Shown here piece by piece: positions 57,373 through 64,000 of a stretch of 64,000 bases of DNA (its first letter is position 1; each line of letters begins with the position of its first letter). This DNA is from a virus. The stretch is taken from the IMG/VR virus record IMGVR_UViG_3300044623_000784, positions 32,001 through 96,000 of that record, one strand, 5' to 3'. Position numbers and translations under genes: made by a program. The notes under the pieces are model-generated. The model searched no databases. It saw nothing but the letters and a program-made list of their open reading frames with translations, and was not told the origin of the DNA.

Positions 57373-58746
57373 TTAGTAGAAGCAGTTTCCACAGCATGGT
57401 GCTGTTGATGGGCAGTTCCACCATGGTCTATAACATGCTGGTCCGCAACCGCCACCGCCACCTGTGAAGTGTGGGAAGAATGGGAAGAACGGTGGGAAGA
57501 ACGGGAAGAATGGTGGGAAGAATGGGAAGAACGGGAAGAACGGTGGGAAGAACGGGAAGAACGGTGGGAAGAATGGGAAGAATGGGAAGAACGGTGGGAA
57601 GAACGGGAAGAATGGTGGGAAGAATGGGAAGAACGGGAAGAACGGTGGGAAGAACGGGAAGAACGGTGGGAAGAATGGGAAGAATGGTGGGAAGAACGGT
57701 GGGAAGAATGGGAAGAATGGTGGGAAGAATGGGAAGAATGGAGGGAAGAATGGGAAGAACGGTGGGAAGAACGGTGGGAAGAATGGGAAGAAAGGTGGGA
57801 AGAATGGGAAGAAAGGTGGGAAGAATGGGAAAAATGGCGGGAAGAATGGAGGGAAAAATGGCGGGAAGAATGGAAAGAATGGGAAGAATGGAGCAATAGT
57901 AGTTACGCTAGTAGATTCAGCAGATGTTCCAGATGTTCCGTTAGCGTTTATTGCACGAACAGTATAGGTCTGTGCAGTATTTGCTTCTTGGGTAACTTCT
58001 ACAGATGTTGCTCCTGTTGAATTGGTCTTACCATCTGATGCTGCCCAAACATAAGAAGTAATTGCACTTCCTCCATTTGATGGGGCTGTCCAAGAAACTG
58101 TATCCTTGTCTACTCCTGCTGTTGCTGTTGGGGCAGATGGAGTTGCTGGAACTGTTGTTGCTGTTATGGCGTTTGTTGTTGTTGCAGTAGATGTTCCGTT
58201 GGCATTTGTAGCAGTTACGCTAAATGTATAAGTAGTTCCACCTGTAAGAGATTGTACTGTTAGTGGTGATGCTCCAGATACTGAAGAAGCATTGTATGAA
58301 GATACTGTTTTTCCTCCGTTTACAGAAGATGCTGTAATTGTTGCTGCGCCATTTCCAAAAGCCCGTCCTGTTCCAACATTTGCTGCTGAAGCAGTAGGTG
58401 CTTGTGGTACAGTTGTTGCTAATACTCCAGCAGAAGCAGCAGAGGATGCTGAAGTTCCTGCAGCGTTAGTCGCTGTTACTGTAAATGTTGGTGTTGCTGA
58501 TGAGGAAATACCAGTTACAGTTAAAGGAGAAGATGCTCCAGTTGCTGTTTGTCCTGTGCTTGCTGTTACTGTAAAGGATGTTGCATTAGGGGAAAGGGCT
58601 GGTAAAGAAAAAGATACAGATACTGCAGCATCATTAAATGCTCTACCTGTTCCAAGGTCTGTTCCAACAACATTGATTGGTGCTAATGGCTCCAAAAAGT
58701 CATTTGACGCTTGGGACTTCTTACCTATTCTCTTACCTGATGCCAT
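57373..58746 (-). CDS. Fibronectin type III-domain protein with 140-aa Pro/Phe-only tract and Cys-rich C-terminal peptide
   Basis: Three FN3-like units (FTVTATNAAGTS, YTFSVTATNANGTS, VSWTAPSNGGSAITSY..YTVRAINANGTS); residues 286-425 contain only P and F; tail GGGGGCGPACYRPWWNCPSTAPCCGNCFY; SD AGGAG. Confidence 0.85.
   Translation of the reverse strand: MASGKRIGKKSQASNDFLEPLAPINVVGTDLGTGRAFNDAAVSVSFSLPALSPNATSFTVTASTGQTATGASSPLTVTGISSSATPTFTVTATNAAGTSASSAASAGVLATTVPQAPTASAANVGTGRAFGNGAATITASSVNGGKTVSSYNASSVSGASPLTVQSLTGGTTYTFSVTATNANGTSTATTTNAITATTVPATPSAPTATAGVDKDTVSWTAPSNGGSAITSYVWAASDGKTNSTGATSVEVTQEANTAQTYTVRAINANGTSGTSAESTSVTTIAPFFPFFPFFPPFFPPFFPPFFPFFPPFFPFFPPFFPFFPPFFPPFFPFFPPFFPFFPPFFPFFPPFFPPFFPFFPPFFPFFPPFFPFFPFFPPFFPFFPPFFPFFPFFPPFFPFFPPFFPFFPFFPPFFPFFPPFFPFFPHFTGGGGGCGPACYRPWWNCPSTAPCCGNCFY
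57472..57891 (-). repeat. Coding repeat: 21 PFF plus 19 PPFF units and a final P
   Basis: Plus strand GGGAAGAAY / GGTGGGAAGAAY 9- and 12-mers over 420 nt; a 51-nt higher-order unit occurs about 4 times near the 3' end. Confidence 0.95.
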
Positions 58747-58779
58747 TTTTAATCTCCTAATTTCTTATTGAATTTTGTA

Positions 58780-60636
58780 TTACGCTGTCAAGTCGCCAAA
58801 GACAACCCATGTATTTGCTGCTCTTTTAAGGAGAGTTGCAGATGACCAAGTTGTACGAAGTTTCAAGCCAGGTGTTGCATTAACTGTAACTGTTCCTGAT
58901 ACTGGGGCAATTGTTACTTGTCCCGCTCCAGTTTGGAGAATATCAATTGAAGTTCCAATTGGGAAGTTTAGTGTTGCATCTGTTGGAATTGTAAGGGTAA
59001 TTGGTGATGCTGAACCCATTTCAATTAGGTCGTCTCTTTCAGTTAGTGATGAAAGTGTGTATGATGCTGTCTTTTGTGAAATTGGGGTTAAAGAATCTAC
59101 CTTTAATCCAAGGTTAGTTGTTACTGTTGCTGCAAAGTTTTCGTCATCTCCAAGTGCTGCAGCAAGTTCATCAAGTGTGTTAAGGGCTGCTGGTGCTCCT
59201 GTTAATAGTGCATTAACTTGTGCTGTTGCATCTGCGATTGCTTCTGCCTTTGCAGTTGCGATTGCTTGTGACTGTGCAGTAGATACTGGCTTTGATGTAT
59301 CTGCTGTATTATCAACATTTCCAAGGCCTAGAGTAGTCTTTGTTACTGCTGCTACATCTGCTGTTGTTGCAAGTAATGATGTGTCTGCAATACCGTGAAC
59401 ATTTGTTGTGTCATTATTGTGTGTTGTAACTGCAGCGTCTGCATATACCTTTGTAGCAAGTGCTGCTGTGTCAGCAATGCCGTGAACGCTTGTAGTATCA
59501 GAGTTGTGTGTACCAATCTCAGTTCCCACATATGTTGTTGTTGCTACTGTTGAGTCAATATCAAAAGCATTTGTTGCGGAGTTGTAATCAAGTCCAACAC
59601 CAGCAAGGAGTGATTGATCTACTGCTGAGTTGCCAACTGCTGTATCAACATAATCTTGGGTTGCAAGAAGTGTAGTATTTGCAATTCCATGGACATTTAG
59701 TGTCTCATTATTGTGATCTGTTAAGTCTGAAAGGTAAGCAAGGTTTCCTGTGTTTGAAATTCCATGAACATTTAGTGTCTCACTATTATGATCTGTAATG
59801 TCTACAACATAGGCAAGGTTTGCTGTATTTGAAATTCCATGGATATTTTCTGTAAGTGCAGCATGTGTTGACACTGCTGTATCTGCATATGTTTTTGTAG
59901 CAAGGTCTGCGGTGTTTGTAATTCCATGAACACCTAATGTGTCATCTGAGTGTGTTGATACCGCTGTATCTGCATAATTTTTTGTTGCAAGATCTGCGGT
60001 GTTAGCAATACCGTGAACATTTTCTACATCGTTGTCATGTGTTTGAACTGCTGTGTCAGCATAAGTCTTTGTTGCGAGTGCTGCAGTGTCTGCGATTCCA
60101 TGAACTTCTGTTGAATCTGATTGGTGTGTTGACACTGCTGAGTCAGCATAATTCTTTGTAGCAAGATCTGCTGTATTAGCAATACCATGAACATCTGATA
60201 TATCTGAGTTATGTGTTGTTACTGCATTTCCAGCAAAAGTCTCTGCTGCTGTTTGTGCTGTAGAAACATTTGTTGTAGTTGCAAGTAGGGCAGTGTTTAC
60301 AATTCCATGAACATTTGTTGTCCCATTGTGCTGGTTGATAGATCCTGCAATGCTGGCTGCAATATTAGTAAAGAATGCTGGGTCATCACCGATTGCTGCT
60401 GCCAATTCATTAAGGGTGTCTAGCGTTCCTGGAGCAGCATCTATAAGGTTGGAAATTGCTGCATTAAGTTCTGTTGCGTTAGTAAAATATGTTAATGCTG
60501 CCCATGCTGAGGAGCCATTACCCATTTTAAACTTACTTGTATCGGTTTCAAATCCGATCTCGCCTGCTGCTAATACTGGGTTTGCAGCCGTCCATTGTGC
60601 TGCAGTACCTCTGCGCTGTTGCATTCTTGTTGCCAT
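58780..60636 (-). CDS. Fibre-like protein with Mtd-type N-terminal domain and His-repeat shaft
   Basis: MQQRRGTAAQWTAANPVLAAGEIGFETDT N-terminus; 10 H-x(6-7)-HGI repeats; two LDTLNELAAA-type motifs; C-terminal NFPIGT..QTGAGQV..WVVFGDL domain. Confidence 0.75.
   Translation of the reverse strand: MATRMQQRRGTAAQWTAANPVLAAGEIGFETDTSKFKMGNGSSAWAALTYFTNATELNAAISNLIDAAPGTLDTLNELAAAIGDDPAFFTNIAASIAGSINQHNGTTNVHGIVNTALLATTTNVSTAQTAAETFAGNAVTTHNSDISDVHGIANTADLATKNYADSAVSTHQSDSTEVHGIADTAALATKTYADTAVQTHDNDVENVHGIANTADLATKNYADTAVSTHSDDTLGVHGITNTADLATKTYADTAVSTHAALTENIHGISNTANLAYVVDITDHNSETLNVHGISNTGNLAYLSDLTDHNNETLNVHGIANTTLLATQDYVDTAVGNSAVDQSLLAGVGLDYNSATNAFDIDSTVATTTYVGTEIGTHNSDTTSVHGIADTAALATKVYADAAVTTHNNDTTNVHGIADTSLLATTADVAAVTKTTLGLGNVDNTADTSKPVSTAQSQAIATAKAEAIADATAQVNALLTGAPAALNTLDELAAALGDDENFAATVTTNLGLKVDSLTPISQKTASYTLSSLTERDDLIEMGSASPITLTIPTDATLNFPIGTSIDILQTGAGQVTIAPVSGTVTVNATPGLKLRTTWSSATLLKRAANTWVVFGDLTA
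59390..60330 (-). repeat. About 25-29-aa repeat H-x(6-7)-HGI-x-(N/D)T-x-x-LA, 10 copies
   Basis: Examples: HNSDISDVHGIANTADLATKNYADSAVST and HQSDSTEVHGIADTAALATKTYADTAVQT. Confidence 0.85.
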
Positions 60637-60689
60637 TTATATCTCCTTATGGGGGCTGCCCATTAACTTATCTTATTATAACCCCTGTT

Positions 60690-61139
60690 TTAATTGAAGT
60701 TATCTACTACACTGCCGCCATCGAATACAACTGTCCAAACTGTTGAGTCTGGTCCACCTGCATCCAAACCTACACCCAATGGGCTGTTGAATGATCCACC
60801 TTCATAGAACTGAGATACTATGAAACCAGTTCCATCAATTGCGGTATCGTGAATGTGCTGTGGTAAATTATTTGTATCATCAATAGTTGCTTGGGTATAC
60901 CAAGAACCATCGTAATAAAAATTAACTCTGTTTGTTAGAGTGTCTAACCACATTGTTCCATTAGTTGGTGAAGAAGGAGCAGTTGCGCCTACGGCCATTG
61001 AACGACTATCGACATACTCCTTGGTTGCTGCATGGGCATTAAGAGTTGGGGCTCCTACTGTTACTGCATCTCCGAATGTACCGCCGTTTGCTACGACTAA
61101 CCCATTCTTGACCTTAAAGTCTTTATCGACTGTTGCCAT
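60690..61139 (-). CDS. Putative virion fibre-associated protein
   Basis: MATVDKDFKVKNGL N-terminus, HAATKEYVD, APSSPTNGTMWLDT fibre motifs. Confidence 0.65.
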   Translation of the reverse strand: MATVDKDFKVKNGLVVANGGTFGDAVTVGAPTLNAHAATKEYVDSRSMAVGATAPSSPTNGTMWLDTLTNRVNFYYDGSWYTQATIDDTNNLPQHIHDTAIDGTGFIVSQFYEGGSFNSPLGVGLDAGGPDSTVWTVVFDGGSVVDNFN

Positions 61140-61174
61140 TTACTGCTCCTTCTTCCAACTATTTTTATTTTTTA

Positions 61175-63190
61175 TTACTTAAGAAGTGTACCCATAACAG
61201 TAACTGTTGAGTCATTGTTAGCGGTTGTTACCTGTAGTTGTACGTTTGCTCCTGAAATACCTGCTGAAACTGATGACGCTGAGCCATTTGTTCCAACAAT
61301 TCCGTATTCAGTGATTGCAATGTTATCTGAAGAGTCAAGTGTCAAAAGGACCTTTGATATTTCAGTATGTGTTCCGTAGGCAACCTTTACAAGGTATTCT
61401 GCTGAACGGTAGTCAGCCTTTGCGAAGGCGTGTGCTACTTGAATTCCTGCTGTTGGTGCTGAAAGTGTTGCTGCAACCTGCTTAGCAACTGAGTTTAACT
61501 CAACTGCTGTAAAGTTTGGAACAACTGCTTCAAGAGCGTCTACTGCACGAACATCTGTGAAGTACTTGTTTGTTGTACCTTCTACAAGGTCATCAGTATC
61601 AGAATCTGCTACACCGTTTTCTGCGGTAATAGTAAGTCCTGAACCATTTCCTGTAATTGTGATATTAGTCTTTGTAGCACCAACCAAAAGGTCTGCTGCT
61701 GAAGTCTTGGCACGAGCATCTGTGAAGTAAAGGTTTGTAGAACCCTCTTCAATGTCATCTGTGTTAAGTTCATCAATTGCATCGCCAATTGTTCCACCTA
61801 CAGCGTCAATTGCTCGCTGGTTTGTGAAGTAAAGGTTTGCTGAACCTTCTTCAATATCATCTGTGTCAAGTGCGTCTGCGTGATCAATTGCTGCTTGCTG
61901 TGCAAGACCAATTTCTGTGCCTGTCTTATATGCTGACCAAACTTCTGCTGAAGAAGATGATGCATCATTGATCAAGTCGTCTGCGTAGTCTTTTGCATCT
62001 TGTTCTGCTGTATCAGCGTATGACTGGTAAGCAGTTGTGATTAAGCCTTCACGAGTGTCTGTGTATGCCTTAGCATCGTCTTCTGCTGTGTTAGCATAAC
62101 CCTGTGCTGCTGCATCAAGAGTTGAAATTTCTCCATCTACATAACCCTTTGTTGCTGCATGTAATGTAAGTGTTGGTGCACCTGGAAGAACCAAGTCTCC
62201 AGTCATTGTATCGCCAGACTTTGCTACTCTACCAGCAACGGCTGCTGCTGCATCTGTAGCATAGTTTGGATTATCTGCAATTGCTGCAGCCAATTCATTA
62301 AGTGTATCTAGAAGTTCTGGTGCTGAATCTACAAGATCTGCAACCTTGCCGTCTGTGTAAGAGTTAGCGTCTGCAATTGCTTGACCCTTAGCAGTTGCAA
62401 TAGCAGAGTTACGGTTTGTAACTTCTGTGTTAATTGCTGAAGTAATTGCTGAGTTACGATCTGTAACTTCTGTTGCAATCTTTCCATCTGTGTAAGTGTT
62501 TGCATCCGCTTCTGCTGTATTAGCCTTTGAGGTAGCGTCTGCTGATGCTGTTGAAATTGCATCTGCTTCTGCTTGATCTGCATAGCCTTGTGTTGCAAGA
62601 ACATCTGCACCCCACTTGACTGAAGAACCTGCTGCTGGAGTAAGAACGATATGAGAATCAGAATTGATTGTCATTGCTCCTGCGCCAGTGAAGTTAAGTG
62701 TATCTCCAATAGTCTTGTTTGTTAATGTTTGTGTGTTGGTTGTTCCAACTACCGCACCTGTTGCACCGTGTGCGACTGTAGCATTTTCGTGATCTGTAAG
62801 ATCTGATGCTACTGCGTTTGCTGCTGTAGTTGCTGATCCTGCTGCATCATATGCAGCGTTAGTTGCATCAAGTGCTCTTTGGTTTGTGAAGTAAAGGTTT
62901 GAACCTTCTGCAAGATCTCCAGTGTCATGGTTTGAAATATCTGATACTTGACCAGTTACGTCACCAGTTAAATCTGCTGTAATTGTTCCTGCAGCAAAGT
63001 TACCATTAGCATCACGCTTTACAACTTTGTTTGCTTCGTTAGCAGATGTGGCTGTTCCGCCAATAAGATTAACTACGTAATCTTGATCTGCTTGCTTCTT
63101 TGTAAGAACGTCAAAACCGTTAACTGTCGCTGTTGTACCTTCAACGATTAAACCACTCTTAATTTTAAAATCTTTATTTACTGTTGCCAT
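61175..63190 (-). CDS. Putative virion fibre/structural protein with TDDxxEG..NLYFT..RA repeats
   Basis: Four EG(S/T)..YFT..RA repeats, APELLDTLNELAAA, GDTMTGDL..HAATKGYVD, C-terminal YRSAEY..EYG domain. Confidence 0.7.
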   Translation of the reverse strand: MATVNKDFKIKSGLIVEGTTATVNGFDVLTKKQADQDYVVNLIGGTATSANEANKVVKRDANGNFAAGTITADLTGDVTGQVSDISNHDTGDLAEGSNLYFTNQRALDATNAAYDAAGSATTAANAVASDLTDHENATVAHGATGAVVGTTNTQTLTNKTIGDTLNFTGAGAMTINSDSHIVLTPAAGSSVKWGADVLATQGYADQAEADAISTASADATSKANTAEADANTYTDGKIATEVTDRNSAITSAINTEVTNRNSAIATAKGQAIADANSYTDGKVADLVDSAPELLDTLNELAAAIADNPNYATDAAAAVAGRVAKSGDTMTGDLVLPGAPTLTLHAATKGYVDGEISTLDAAAQGYANTAEDDAKAYTDTREGLITTAYQSYADTAEQDAKDYADDLINDASSSSAEVWSAYKTGTEIGLAQQAAIDHADALDTDDIEEGSANLYFTNQRAIDAVGGTIGDAIDELNTDDIEEGSTNLYFTDARAKTSAADLLVGATKTNITITGNGSGLTITAENGVADSDTDDLVEGTTNKYFTDVRAVDALEAVVPNFTAVELNSVAKQVAATLSAPTAGIQVAHAFAKADYRSAEYLVKVAYGTHTEISKVLLTLDSSDNIAITEYGIVGTNGSASSVSAGISGANVQLQVTTANNDSTVTVMGTLLK

Positions 63191-63207
63191 TTTTTATATC
63201 TCCTTAG

Positions 63208-63654
63208 TTATGCCTTAAGTCCAATTCGTGCAAAACGAACTGTGACTGGCTTGATCGCTGGGTCTGGAGTGACTGTTAAGGCCACGGTATTTCCAGTGCG
63301 AGAGACATTAATGGTGCCAATATTCCCATCATTGTCGATTGTTCCGTATTCGCTGACACTTACATTTGTACCGTCAACGAGAATTGTTAGTTCGGTTGCA
63401 TAGAACTTATTGTCCCCTGCAGAGGTCTTTGATATTGAAACAATATACTTGACCATACGCCAAACTGTAGCGTCAAAGTTATCAACAACAGTTACGTTCT
63501 CAATACCAGTGATTGTATTTTCATTGTTACCAGCAGAACCCAAATCTGTTGCTTGGGCTGATGCGGTGTCAATTAAATCTTCATAATTTTCTTGAGTAGG
63601 TCTATCTCCTGTTTGAAATAGAGTCTTAACTGATGGAATTGATACTTTAGCCAT
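63208..63654 (-). CDS. Putative virion structural protein
   Basis: LFQTGDRPTQENYEDLIDT N-terminus; C-domain (KYIV..EYG..LTVT) related to the C-terminus of 61175..63190. Confidence 0.65.
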   Translation of the reverse strand: MAKVSIPSVKTLFQTGDRPTQENYEDLIDTASAQATDLGSAGNNENTITGIENVTVVDNFDATVWRMVKYIVSISKTSAGDNKFYATELTILVDGTNVSVSEYGTIDNDGNIGTINVSRTGNTVALTVTPDPAIKPVTVRFARIGLKA

Positions 63655-63660
63655 ATCGAT

Positions 63661-63669
63661 ATTATATCA
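63661..63669 (-). promoter_or_regulatory. Extended -10 promoter TGATATAAT, leaderless arrangement
   Basis: TGATATAAT-ATCGAT-ATG (6 nt to ATG 63654). Confidence 0.7.
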
Positions 63670-63686
63670 CCTGTTTAATAAGACTA

Positions 63687-63911
63687 TTAGAGGATGTAGT
63701 TGCTATATCCAATAACCTGTAGTGGAATTGCTGGGGTATTGCCCAAACCAATAGCCACAATTTGAATGGCTGAAAACTTAACTCTAAAAGGAAGTATGTC
63801 TGTGATTACGGTGTTTCTTGTTATTTCTTCTACTTGAACTACAGGATAATCAATAGAAAAAATTTTTTTGGTTTTACCATTAAGTTCATCAAGTATTAAT
63901 GCCGTGGCCAT
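63687..63911 (-). CDS. Hypothetical protein
   Basis: 74 aa, TAATG-coupled to the upstream partial ORF. Confidence 0.6.
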   Translation of the reverse strand: MATALILDELNGKTKKIFSIDYPVVQVEEITRNTVITDILPFRVKFSAIQIVAIGLGNTPAIPLQVIGYSNYIL

Positions 63912-64000
63912 TAATCTGTTACATCTTCAAGGATAACCATGCTACCCTGGCAAACTGTCCAGACTCTTGTTGGGTCGCTAACCTGAATATCAAAGATGTC
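63911..64000 (-). CDS. 3' end of a hypothetical (baseplate/wedge-like) protein entering from outside the window
   Basis: Reads DIFDIQVSDPTRVWTVCQGSMVILEDVTD-stop. Confidence 0.55.
   Translation of the reverse strand, partial: DIFDIQVSDPTRVWTVCQGSMVILEDVTD

Noticed and set aside
57472-57891. Possible CRISPR array or telomere-like/G-quadruplex element
   Set aside because: No unique spacers; units are 9 and 12 nt and codon-phased. The G-rich plus strand follows from Pro codons, so a G4 role is unsupported.
57354-58020. Alternative-frame ORFs over the repeat (HSS-rich on minus; KNG-, WEE- and GRM-rich on plus)
   Set aside because: They are open only because the repeat lacks stops. Unit variation is synonymous only in the P/F frame, which is also fused to FN3 domains with an SD.
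58780-60636. Diversity-generating retroelement suggested by the Mtd-type N-terminus
   Set aside because: No reverse transcriptase and no template/variable repeat pair differing at adenines was seen; this N-terminal domain is widespread in fibres.
2050-62610. Many plus-strand ORFs (for example 2050..2535, 25750..26241, 40659..41315, 58775..59398) and short off-frame minus ORFs
   Set aside because: Antisense or off-frame shadows of Ala-rich genes, with no SD, promoter or recognisable motif.
34470-63911. Many structural proteins begin MAT/MAx
   Set aside because: Most simply a second-codon GCN preference for efficient initiation; no evidence of a targeting signal.
1-64000. tRNA, rRNA, integrase, transposase, whiB or lysis genes
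   Set aside because: None recognised by eye; intergenic gaps are almost all too short for RNA genes. A tRNAscan/Infernal run would be needed to exclude them.

Overview
The window is a 64-kb segment of a large, AT-rich tailed dsDNA phage genome with siphovirus-type gene content. Every credible gene lies on the minus strand. Read in transcription direction (64000 to 1), it contains: (i) repeat-rich fibre/appendage genes; (ii) an FN3 protein ending in 140 residues made only of Pro and Phe plus a 6-Cys tip, followed by seven 2OG-Fe(II) oxygenases of the prolyl-4-hydroxylase-like class and two DUF6065-like genes; (iii) class II ribonucleotide reductase; (iv) head, neck and tail genes, including a 3089-aa tape measure carrying a kinase-like insert and LysM; (v) helicase, primase, SSB, DnaE, RecA, Cas4-like and RuvC-like nucleases; (vi) terminase; (vii) two secreted surface-type proteins. 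Repeated TGnTATAAT/TGnTATACT promoters, several apparently leaderless, and the gene order suggest an actinobacterial host, plausibly a low-GC freshwater lineage (inference only). The best candidate for an undescribed system is the Pro/Phe-repeat protein together with its adjacent hydroxylase array (49864-58746), a possible dedicated pathway for post-translational modification of a virion appendage. All product calls rest on motif recognition by eye; no searches were run.
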